Source: Candidatus Poribacteria bacterium (lineage in GTDB: Bacteria; Poribacteria; WGA-4E; UBA9662). Taken from it: a stretch of 40,797 nucleotides of DNA. The translations under genes were made by a program, and so were the position numbers. The notes beneath the pieces are model-generated. The model worked only from the letters and a program-made list of their open reading frames with translations. It was not told the origin of the DNA and made no database searches. The DNA lies in assembly GCA_046582655.1 (NCBI GenBank), contig JAYGDX010000013.1, positions 1-40,797 on the forward strand. Direction: 5' to 3'. Positions 1 to 8,286 of this stretch are shown here, in pieces. Numbering within the stretch: the first letter of the stretch is position 1; the number at the start of each line of letters is the position of its first letter.

Positions 1-299
1 CCAGCCCAAAATGTCCAAGCAGTGAACACATCCTCACTATTGCTTTTCAGCCAATGGGACATGATTTCATCGAGATCTTTTTTACTAATATCATCCGCGT
101 GCTCTGTAAAAACCTCCTTAAGAGCATTTTCCTCTTCAACAAAATTAATTTCTTCCTGCTTAACGATTATGTCATCTTCCGAAGCTTGAGATGACACCTT
201 CGGTTTTATTGGTGAATCTTTTTCACTGTTGTCGGAACATGCCATTAGACCCACTACGACCATTGCAATAACTAGAAAGAAAGAAAATTTATATTTCAT
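1..299 (-). CDS. Lipoprotein, possibly with a SnoaL/NTF2-like domain; partial, runs off the left edge
   Basis: Not in the ORF track; translated by hand. ATG at 299 follows AGGAGA. Reads MKYKFSFFLVIAMVVVGLMA-C-SDNSEK...ALKEVFTEHADDISKKDLDEIMSHW..., open to the edge. Lipobox LMAC. The NTF2 call is tentative. Confidence 0.7.
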   Translation of the reverse strand, partial: MKYKFSFFLVIAMVVVGLMACSDNSEKDSPIKPKVSSQASEDDIIVKQEEINFVEEENALKEVFTEHADDISKKDLDEIMSHWLKSNSEDVFTAWTFWA

Positions 300-438
300 C
301 ACTTTTCTCCTGATTTAGGATTCTAAAACAAACTTAGAAAACTTCAAGCACCATAGCTATTATACAACAGAATGCCAACAACCGATAGTTTAGTAACAAA
401 TAAATAAAAATCCGGTAAGATAAACAGTATTCAAGGAT

Positions 439-1068
439 TTAGTCCACATGAAAAGATTGGACAAACTCATCAAAACTTTTTTGCCAATGATTTATGGTGT
501 CTTCTGGCCCCGTTGCCTTAAAGAACCATAATCCTTGTTCGGTCTCGGCAATTGCCGCTAAGAGAGCATAACCTCCAAATTCATCAACGGGGCCTGCCAT
601 CATCATAGGAGCACGTGATTTCATAAAAGTACCGGTCAAAAACACAACTGTGACTGTTAAACCAGTAACTTGTATTTTTTTTTGTTTGATTAAGTCTTTT
701 GTCTCTTTTCCATCAGGTTGTTTAAATTGCCCATACCAGCGACTCAGATTTGCTTCTACTGATCCACCAATACCAGAAAACACTGCGAGTTCAGCAGGCT
801 GTGTGTCTGCTAATCCCGGCAACAAAAATTGATCGTGACGCATCGGACTTGAAGGCTTTTGGCGAATCCATCCTTCTGGCACAGTGTAACTTATTTCACC
901 ACGTGATACCGACCCCTTAGCAGTCTTGACTTGTTCAAGCACTTGATTTGGAATAGAAGGTTTATTTCCATCTGTAACTTTCTTTTCCGATTTGCAACCA
1001 AAGCCACTAAGAACGATTAGGAAAATTAAAGACAAAATTGAAAAAGCATCTTTCACTGCACTCTCCAA
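439..1068 (-). CDS. Conserved hypothetical lipoprotein
   Basis: 209 aa; hydrophobic signal ending GFG-C. Motifs VPEGW..PSSPMR, GGSVEANLSRWYGQF and WFFKATGP resemble an uncharacterised exported protein family. Confidence 0.7.
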   Translation of the reverse strand: MESAVKDAFSILSLIFLIVLSGFGCKSEKKVTDGNKPSIPNQVLEQVKTAKGSVSRGEISYTVPEGWIRQKPSSPMRHDQFLLPGLADTQPAELAVFSGIGGSVEANLSRWYGQFKQPDGKETKDLIKQKKIQVTGLTVTVVFLTGTFMKSRAPMMMAGPVDEFGGYALLAAIAETEQGLWFFKATGPEDTINHWQKSFDEFVQSFHVD

Positions 1069-1271
1069 TGCTAAATATTGAGTTAATTATTGAAACGAAA
1101 AAACAAATAATGACAAACAAGACATTCTATGCCCAGTAATTTTAGCAAATCTAACTCAGACCATCAAATAAAATTGCTAGCGATAAACAACGATATGATT
1201 GGGACCTCCACTATGATATGCTATAAGATGCTAAACAAAGCTTAAAAACTTGGGTTAAGAGAGAAAAAGAC

Positions 1272-2045
1272 GTGAAAAATGTCAGACTAGCAGATGGGAA
1301 CTTGATGCCCATGATTGGGCTTGGAACGTGGGATTTACGAGGCGATGCTTGCAAATCCACCGTCAAAAACGCTATTAACCTTGGTTACATACATATTGAT
1401 ACGGCCTGGTTATATCAGAACCAACGCGAGATCGGCCAAGCAATAAACGAATCTCATATTAATCGCGACAATTTATTTATTACCTCGAAGATATGGAGAA
1501 CTGAATTAAGCTACGATCAGGTCCTAGCTCAGTGCGATGAGATCCTGAACCAATTACAGATGGATTACGTCGATTTACTCCTAATCCACTGGCCTAGTGA
1601 TGATGTGCCTCTTAGCGAGACAATCGAGGCATTTAACTATATTCAAAGTCAGGGGAAAGCAATAAGCATCGGTGTCAGTAACTTCAGCGCGGATCTAATC
1701 GATCAAGCCAAAGCACTCTCGACAACACCAATTAATGTGAATCAAGTGCCATATCATGTTCGTCATCAAACGCCGGACTTGCTAAATCACTGCCAGAAAT
1801 CTAATGTCACCGTGACAGCGTACTGCCCACTTGGAAGAACCCAAATTCTGAAAGAGCCGCTTTTAACTAAGATCGCTAGATGCCACAATAAATCAACCGC
1901 AAAAGTTGCTTTATTGTGGCTGATTCAGAAAGATATGATTGTTATCCCCAAAACAAGTTCAATCGATCACTTGAAAGCCAACCTCGATCTGTTCGGTTGG
2001 GAATTGTCAGAAGATGAAGTTAAACAACTAGATAACATTGCCTAA
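1272..2045 (+). CDS. Aldo/keto reductase (2,5-diketo-D-gluconate reductase-like)
   Basis: MPMIGLGTW start; catalytic tetrad in HIDTAWLY, FITSK and LLIHWP; SIGVSNF; VIPK motif. Confidence 0.93.
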   Translation: MKNVRLADGNLMPMIGLGTWDLRGDACKSTVKNAINLGYIHIDTAWLYQNQREIGQAINESHINRDNLFITSKIWRTELSYDQVLAQCDEILNQLQMDYVDLLLIHWPSDDVPLSETIEAFNYIQSQGKAISIGVSNFSADLIDQAKALSTTPINVNQVPYHVRHQTPDLLNHCQKSNVTVTAYCPLGRTQILKEPLLTKIARCHNKSTAKVALLWLIQKDMIVIPKTSSIDHLKANLDLFGWELSEDEVKQLDNIA

Positions 2046-2053
2046 ACAAAACA

Positions 2054-2752
2054 TCAGTTTAATGTACAATCTCCCGTTGCGGCCCATTCGCAACCACGTA
2101 GTAACAACACCTGAAAATCACGATTTTCAAATGTATCCATCCCACCACCACCACCGACATGTCCAAGTATGAGGTGGAATATTCGGCCATCACCGTAATT
2201 TTTCACTAGTATCATTGGTTCTTCCTGCCCAGTACCACCAGAATCAATCGATGAAAAAGCTGTGGCAAGCACATGGTAATCCGTATTGTGCATGTGTGAC
2301 AGCCCATGATACAGTTCATCCGGATGATCCTTAAATACCAATGGTAATCCCTTTGTTACGGGATGATCCGGATCGGCAACTTCGACGTCAAATTTGTGAT
2401 ACTTACCATGACCGGCGCCCTGCCTCCACATTAAAGCGCAAATCTCTTCATATTCAATCCAACCGTCAAAAGCATTATTGGAAGCGTGTAGAATACAAAC
2501 GTTCGTACTGTTTCTAACAGCATTGATAAAATTTTCTTTCGCTGTATCAGCCCATTGCGGACCATTATAATCAACAAAAAAAGATCGTAATCATTGAGTT
2601 GATCTTTATCAGCCAAACTAACAGATGGATCTGTCGTTAGGTCAACCTCAAACTTCTCGGATTCTTCCAGTAAATTCTTGCAAAATGGGGCTGATCTTTT
2701 CCAATCATGGTTATTTTCTCCTGTTAGTAACAAGCGTCTTTATGGGTTTCAT
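2054..2752 (-). pseudogene. ThuA-like (trehalose-utilisation / class I glutamine amidotransferase-like) protein disrupted by two frameshifts
   Basis: ATG at 2752 after GAGG gives MKPIKT. One extra base near 2734 precedes LLLTGENNHDW. A one-base loss in the A7 run 2576-2582 breaks YDLFF/VDYNG. The corrected frame continues ...ILHASNNAF...DHPVTKGLP...DELY...GRIFHLILGH...LLRGCEWAA. Confidence 0.82.
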
Positions 2753-2894
2753 TTCCGCCTCTTAATGTAAACTTGGTAAACGAGATGATAATAGCAAACT
2801 CATCCTAATCTTTCAACAACAATTCTCTTGAAAAAATTACATAGATCTAGTTCAATGTAATCCATTTTAATATTCAATTCAAATGGAGATAGTT

Positions 2895-3929
2895 ATGTAT
2901 CGTGTCGGAATTATCGGATTAGGAAGCATAGCGGCTCGCTACTCCAATCCATCCGATCCTCATCCATACTGCCACACCGGTGGAATTAGGCAATGCGAAG
3001 CTACAGATCTCGTCGCCGTAGCAGACCTGTCAGAAGATCGAAAAACAGAGTTCAAAGAAACATGGGGGCCTGGGTTTCCAGACCAGAGCATTAATTATTA
3101 TGACACCGATGCAGAGATGCTCGAAAACGAGGATTTGGATATCGTTTCTGTCTGTGTCCGTGGCCCATACCATTTTGCTGTCATGCAGAATGTGCTGAAA
3201 TCAGATGTTAAAGCGATCTTTCTTGAAAAACCGGCAGGCTGTTCGTTAGAGGAGGTTGATCAGATGACAGTCACTGCTGCTGAAAAGCGTATTCCAATTA
3301 TCGTCGATTATTCACGACATTGGGCACCGCATCTTTTAAGACTACAGGAACTGGTGGCAGAAGGACTGGTTGGCCAAGTTAAGTCTGTAATCGGTTATTG
3401 CCCAGCCACAATTTTGTCTTTTGCGATTCACAATACGGATATGATCTGTCAGTTTGCAGGTTACGACCCCATGTCTGTCAGTGCCCACATCAATCAAGGC
3501 GGTGGTCAAGTGCCGGAAGGTTATGAACCAGAGCCATCAATCATTGGATCTATTATTCATTTTCAAAGCGGTATACAAGGGTTTCATGTTGGTGAACACG
3601 GTACCAAAGGCGCATTTTCAGTTGACGTTCTTGGAACAGAGGGACAACTACGCACCGGGTACTCTCGATCAGCAACCGCTCTACACGACAAAGATGGCAA
3701 ACTGGTTGATAATACAACATTAGGTCTACCAACAAATCAAAGTGTGTTTAAGATCGCCTACCAACAAATTGCAGATTATCTAGAAGGAGGAGACTTACCC
3801 CATTGTTCACGAAACAACTACATAGCAGTCAATGAAATTGGATTTGCCACTATTGAAAGTGGTCTAATCGGCCAAACGATTGAAATCCCCTGTCAGGAAC
3901 GAGGTAGATTAATCTACGCCAATGGTTAA
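2895..3929 (+). CDS. Gfo/Idh/MocA family NAD(P)-dependent oxidoreductase
   Basis: RVGIIGLGSIA Rossmann motif, DLDIVSVC and IFLEKP. Start moved to ATG 2895, downstream of a GGAG RBS (track starts at 2883). Confidence 0.92.
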   Translation: MYRVGIIGLGSIAARYSNPSDPHPYCHTGGIRQCEATDLVAVADLSEDRKTEFKETWGPGFPDQSINYYDTDAEMLENEDLDIVSVCVRGPYHFAVMQNVLKSDVKAIFLEKPAGCSLEEVDQMTVTAAEKRIPIIVDYSRHWAPHLLRLQELVAEGLVGQVKSVIGYCPATILSFAIHNTDMICQFAGYDPMSVSAHINQGGGQVPEGYEPEPSIIGSIIHFQSGIQGFHVGEHGTKGAFSVDVLGTEGQLRTGYSRSATALHDKDGKLVDNTTLGLPTNQSVFKIAYQQIADYLEGGDLPHCSRNNYIAVNEIGFATIESGLIGQTIEIPCQERGRLIYANG

Positions 3930-3936
3930 TCCGTTA

Positions 3937-4506
3937 CTAAACTCGTTCTTCTATTGCTCGCTGCAATGCTGCAGCAACCTCTTCAATATATGCAAGGGAT
4001 CCATATAATACATCGTATTCTTCAAGTTCCTCTGAATTTTTAATTTGGGTGCGAATGACTAAAACATGCTGTTTACTGGCAATCAACATGGATATTCCAA
4101 ATAGTGTTATCAGAAGACCTAAAATGATGAAAGGAAAGACGAAATTGGTTATTTGACCCAAGACCCCTATAACAATCCCTACGGCAACAAGTATGATTGC
4201 TAAATAGAAATAAGGATTGCTGGTGTACTCTTTTTTATCAATCAGCAGAAATCCTCCTATGATGCTAACGAGACATCCGATTAAGAGGCTGGGGACATCG
4301 GCTGGGTTCAGTATGCTGAAGACAGTAAGCCCCGCACCAGCAACAACAGCTACACCGCCTGAACAACATCCTCGAGCAGCAATATCCTTTTGCAGATAAA
4401 ACGAATTAATAGTGTCAGTGAAAAACGTCTTAGGTCCAACGACGAAACTCATGTTGGTAATCACTACATCATTTTCGTCGCTGTAGAATATCGTTTCTAC
4501 AGACAT
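3937..4506 (-). CDS. Membrane protein, DUF6232-like
   Basis: N-terminal VVITNMSFVVGPKTF..INS and C-terminal YIEEVAAALQRAI flank four hydrophobic helices. Confidence 0.6.
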   Translation of the reverse strand: MSVETIFYSDENDVVITNMSFVVGPKTFFTDTINSFYLQKDIAARGCCSGGVAVVAGAGLTVFSILNPADVPSLLIGCLVSIIGGFLLIDKKEYTSNPYFYLAIILVAVGIVIGVLGQITNFVFPFIILGLLITLFGISMLIASKQHVLVIRTQIKNSEELEEYDVLYGSLAYIEEVAAALQRAIEERV

Positions 4507-4609
4507 TATAACCAGTTTTTCACATTTTTATCTATCTGGCGCCTCAATTCTTTTCACACCAATTATCCACCTTTTGCTGATTCTCAAATTGGCCCTTCTC
4601 TTTGTTCTC

Positions 4610-5305
4610 CTACAGGTTTTGCTGGGAATCTTCTTGGAGCGGATTCATTGGATCAGGTGGGACTTCCGTATCCGTCGGTTCCAGCATAGCGACATTTGGA
4701 TCGAATGCTTCTAATTCAGTATAATTTTCTTCAGTCATGTAACTATTGATGCAAGAGCGATTGCACGTCTCACCATTTTTCAGCAATCGACAAACTGGGT
4801 GATGTAATCTTAGCGAGCTGATGAGGCAAGTCCGTAGCTGTTCCAGATCGAAATCTCTGTGGAGCAGAAAGCTGTACCCCCCCCATTTCATTGATTCGCT
4901 TGCAAGCTGATTTCCATTGACAATGGAAATCACTTTGATGTGCTTAAGATGTCGTCGAAGATAGTAAAAGGCACGTCTCCGCCTTTCATCTATCCGATCC
5001 AGAATCACCAACCGGTATTTCCCCAGTTTAAGAAAACCGATTGCTTGATCACTATCCCATGCAACATCAAATCGATAATTTTCTGAACGTAGTAATTCTT
5101 TAATTCGGCGTTGCTGACGCGAATCTCTGCTAACAATTAACACCTCTCCTTGAATCTCAGAAATACCAATATATTCCTGAATTTCCAGAGGTATAATTGC
5201 CTGATCAGTTCGTCTTTCGAGCCATCTGCGATTGTACCTCATCCTACGTCTGACAGAATTCATTCTCGATTCTAAAACTGGATGGGTTTCTCGGTATCTT
5301 CTCAT
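4610..5305 (-). CDS. Atypical (pseudo-)receiver-domain protein with Arg-rich N-terminus and Cys cluster
   Basis: VLIVSRD...RIKELL...YRFDVAWDSDQAI...YRLVILD matches the REC beta1-beta3 pattern. C-terminal HPVC-x8-C-x3-C followed by an acidic tail. Confidence 0.65.
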   Translation of the reverse strand: MRRYRETHPVLESRMNSVRRRMRYNRRWLERRTDQAIIPLEIQEYIGISEIQGEVLIVSRDSRQQRRIKELLRSENYRFDVAWDSDQAIGFLKLGKYRLVILDRIDERRRRAFYYLRRHLKHIKVISIVNGNQLASESMKWGGYSFLLHRDFDLEQLRTCLISSLRLHHPVCRLLKNGETCNRSCINSYMTEENYTELEAFDPNVAMLEPTDTEVPPDPMNPLQEDSQQNL

Positions 5306-5506
5306 GAACTGGTAAAATCCCCTTAGACATATTCAGGCATTTTCTCAATTTAACTTGACTTTTTGGTAATCAAGTCAACACTTAATTATTATAACATAGG
5401 CATCTTGGATTATACATTACTCACTTGTTAAAAGTGTAGATTTATCAATCCCTTCCGACTAAATTTGCACTTTTAACAGTTTATTTAATTTAAACTCATA
5501 AAATGC

Positions 5507-5535
5507 TTGACGTGCATATGTCTCTATGCTAAAAT
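5507..5535 (+). promoter_or_regulatory. Sigma70-type promoter for the small basic ORF
   Basis: TTGACG (5507-5512), 17-nt spacer, TAAAAT (5530-5535) with extended TGn. Confidence 0.7.
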
Positions 5536-5569
5536 GAAATTCAGGATTTTGTATTGAAAAGGATCTGTG

Positions 5570-5773
5570 ATGGCGCTTGGTAGAATTGCAGGGAAAGCAG
5601 CAGGTGTTTTAAGTAGTAGCGCAACCAAAGGGATGAAATCTTTTAAAGCCGGGAGGCATTTGAATACTCGAAGGGGGTCGCCGGGGCGATCCAGATTTCT
5701 TTCAAGTATGAGGCGCCAACGCTATAGCTTTAGAGCATCAAGTATGTCTAAACGTATAGACCGTAGAGTTTGA
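5570..5773 (+). CDS. Small, highly basic hypothetical protein (67 aa)
   Basis: Lies in otherwise non-coding space, with a near-consensus promoter and an AAGGA RBS upstream. 18 Arg/Lys versus 1 acidic residue. Confidence 0.55.
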   Translation: MALGRIAGKAAGVLSSSATKGMKSFKAGRHLNTRRGSPGRSRFLSSMRRQRYSFRASSMSKRIDRRV

Positions 5774-5780
5774 TTTGTTA

Positions 5781-7157
5781 CTAACTCCTTTTTTCGATTG
5801 CTAACATCAAAGCAATTTCTTCTCTTGTTGTTTTCAATTCTCTCACAATTTGCGTGTGGCTTTTGCCTTCGTCGATTAGCCTACGGGCAGTTTCAATTTT
5901 TCGTGATAGTCTCTGGTTTTGGGCCTCCAGCCTTTCATCTTCCTCCAACTCAGGTCCTATAACGTCTCCGAACAAAATCTCATCATCACCTAGTAACTCA
6001 GTAATTTTGTTTTTCACACCTTGATCATCGCACCGCGCCCCTTCAGCATCCGTTGTTCCTATGTCTTCCGAGTCTAGCTCTTGCCGAACCTGCTTGAGCT
6101 CTTCTTCTTGATTGGCATGCGAGTGGTCAATGAATGCACGTTTAAATGAGGGAGACTGATCCAAGGTATCCAGTTCTTGCGAAATCGTATTTTCTAGAAT
6201 TTCCTCGAAATCTTCGTTATCATCATTCTCTCTTTTAGCATCCTTCGCAACTAAATCCTTTTGAACAGGTTCTTCCTCAATAGGTTGGGAAGGGAAACCA
6301 AGTTCTTGATTCGTCATACGTCTTAATGTTCTCTGGCCCCTAAAAGCTATGATTCCCAGAGCCACCAGTCCCAGAAGTAACAGAAAGTTGGTCCCCAAGA
6401 GTATCCACCAAACAATAGAGGGTGGAGCGGAGATATCCTCAGGCTCACTTCTAAATCCAAGAACAAGTTCATCCTGATCCAAAAGTTCCTGAATGTTTAG
6501 TATCGGTTCTCCGGATTGAGCTTCTCGATTTTGAAATGCTGGTTGACTCGATGTTTCTTCTGGGTTAACGGATGATTCGTTTATTTCTTCCTGCTTTATC
6601 GGAGATAAGGTAGAATTTTGTTCTCGAGCCGTTCGGTTGCTAGCCTTGGGTGGAGACAGCTGTGGTTCAATAGATGGATCTGCAACCCCGAAAAGATCAA
6701 TAACAATCCGATTAGGATTTGAGAGGGGAAATAACTTATAACGGCGAATATCTTGATGTAACGTTAGATTCAAAATTGTCGATTGATCAGGCCCCGTTTT
6801 GACCCCAACATCCTTCAAAATTGGATCACTAGCATCAACGTCCAAATCGAAATCGGGTACTATTACCGTATTATATAAACGTACCTCGATCTGATTTCCC
6901 GCCGGAGAATGAAGCCGGTGGGAACCAATCTGACCTTCAACTTCAAAAACAACACGAGTCGAACGCGTCTCTGGATGATGATGGCATCTTGCTCCAATGA
7001 GCTTTGCCGCGTTAGAATCATCTGGAAAACAAGCAACACAAAGAAGTACGAGTGTTAGAGCAGAAATCCATATATTAATTCCACGAATTACTGTATATGT
7101 CTTGCTATCTCTTTTTGTTTTGAGTTTCATAGCGAGTCTTATCAATCCTAATATCAC
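5781..7157 (-). CDS. AMIN-domain membrane protein with C-terminal DUF2802/DUF6115 (SwrB-like) helix-turn-helix
   Basis: Signal-like helix; AMIN signatures STRVVFE and FPLSNPNRIVIDL; one TM (WWILLG...LGIIAF); acidic linker; ARRLIDEGKSHTQIVRELKTTREEIALML. Directly after fliA. True start may be ATG 7130. Confidence 0.7.
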   Translation of the reverse strand: MILGLIRLAMKLKTKRDSKTYTVIRGINIWISALTLVLLCVACFPDDSNAAKLIGARCHHHPETRSTRVVFEVEGQIGSHRLHSPAGNQIEVRLYNTVIVPDFDLDVDASDPILKDVGVKTGPDQSTILNLTLHQDIRRYKLFPLSNPNRIVIDLFGVADPSIEPQLSPPKASNRTAREQNSTLSPIKQEEINESSVNPEETSSQPAFQNREAQSGEPILNIQELLDQDELVLGFRSEPEDISAPPSIVWWILLGTNFLLLLGLVALGIIAFRGQRTLRRMTNQELGFPSQPIEEEPVQKDLVAKDAKRENDDNEDFEEILENTISQELDTLDQSPSFKRAFIDHSHANQEEELKQVRQELDSEDIGTTDAEGARCDDQGVKNKITELLGDDEILFGDVIGPELEEDERLEAQNQRLSRKIETARRLIDEGKSHTQIVRELKTTREEIALMLAIEKRS

Positions 7158-7172
7158 TCAAAAAAACATATT

Positions 7173-7931
7173 TCAAACGACATCATGATCCTGTTGAAAC
7201 CCAGCGCGCAACCTTAAGATGGCGCTAGAATGGAGTTGCGAAACGCGTGACTCTTTCACATCTAAAACGAGGCCAATTTCCTTCATCGTCAATTCCTCGT
7301 TGTAGTACAAACTCAGCACCAGTTTATCTCTTTCAGGTAACGTATCAATCGCTTCAGCCAATAGGTTCTTCGTTTCCTCATATATGAGTTGGTCCGCAGC
7401 ATCAACATGACTCGGATCAGCAATAAATTCTTGAATTGCGTCTTGCTCATCTACATCCGTAGTCAAATCATTTAATGTAATGATTGCTGTACAACTTGTC
7501 TCTGCCAGGGCTTGATGCACTTCGTCAATGGTCATTCCCATCTCTTGGGCGACTTCAAATTCATCCGGAGCACGACCAGTTTGTTGCTCTAAACGTCGAT
7601 ATGCTGATTCAAGCTGAGTAGCTTGTCGTCGAACACTTCTTGGAACCCAGTCTAAAGCACGGATTTCATCAAGAACTGCTCCACGAATGCGGTGACTAGC
7701 GAAGGTTTTAAAGGTTGCACCTTTTGTCGGGTCAAACCTATCAATAGCATCAAGCATTCCCATGATGCCAATGCTTACAAGATCATCTAGATCATATGAT
7801 GGAGAAGCGTACACAGATGCCCGGTACGCAATTGACTTTATCAGTGGGAGGCATTGATCAATGAGTTGTTCTTTAGCTTCAGAATCATCGTCAAATTTAT
7901 ACGCCCTCCACAGTTCCTCCGTCGTCTTCAT
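7173..7931 (-). CDS. fliA: Flagellar RNA polymerase sigma factor sigma-28 (FliA/WhiG)
   Basis: DDLVSIGIMGMLDAIDRFD, RIRGAVLDEIRALDWVPRSVR, LYYNEELTMKEIG..L.V.ESRVSQLH. Start placed at MKTTEELW (7931). Confidence 0.95.
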   Translation of the reverse strand: MKTTEELWRAYKFDDDSEAKEQLIDQCLPLIKSIAYRASVYASPSYDLDDLVSIGIMGMLDAIDRFDPTKGATFKTFASHRIRGAVLDEIRALDWVPRSVRRQATQLESAYRRLEQQTGRAPDEFEVAQEMGMTIDEVHQALAETSCTAIITLNDLTTDVDEQDAIQEFIADPSHVDAADQLIYEETKNLLAEAIDTLPERDKLVLSLYYNEELTMKEIGLVLDVKESRVSQLHSSAILRLRAGFQQDHDVV

Positions 7932-8160
7932 CTTCTTCTCTATCTTCGTAAACAAATGATAGTTCTGAGCGTGTTATCCATGAGACAAACCACCCGACGA
8001 TATATCCCAAAATTCCGAAGATAATAAAGGCGATGATTGCCTTCCTAAAAATCGCCTCAATAGAATTCCCCTTGAAATAAGCCATAAGACTAGCTACGAT
8101 TAGAGCAGAAAAACTTAGGCCATAACTGATTCTAATACTAATCCATCTCTTAGATCCCAT
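7897..8160 (-). CDS. Small two-TM membrane protein between flhG and fliA
   Basis: 87 aa, two hydrophobic helices and an acidic tail; overlaps the fliA start. Confidence 0.65.
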   Translation of the reverse strand: MGSKRWISIRISYGLSFSALIVASLMAYFKGNSIEAIFRKAIIAFIIFGILGYIVGWFVSWITRSELSFVYEDREEDEDDGGTVEGV

Positions 8161-8208
8161 TTTAGTCTAACGAGCTAATCGGCAGTGATTTAAACTTTAA
8201 ATTTTTGT

Positions 8209-8236
8209 AGTTTAGCAAAGATAGCACAATTTACAA
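8209..8236 (-). promoter_or_regulatory. Possible sigma70 promoter for the small membrane gene, fliA and the AMIN gene
   Basis: Minus strand TTGTAA, 16-nt spacer, TAAACT with extended TGn. Confidence 0.35.
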
Positions 8237-8286
8237 ATGATAATATGATGCTTCATCTCAGTTAGTTAAAATGTCTAGGGATAACG

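Noticed and set aside
2836..2861. ATTACAT-N12-ATGTAAT inverted repeat between the divergent ThuA-like and oxidoreductase genes
   Set aside because: Could be an operator, but it is AT-rich, single-copy and has no nearby regulator, so chance cannot be excluded.
8176..8199. Sigma28 promoter (TAAAGTTT...GCCGATTA) upstream of the small membrane gene and fliA
   Set aside because: Both elements resemble the consensus, but the spacer is 8 nt rather than 11 and the -10 lies only ~14 nt from the ATG.
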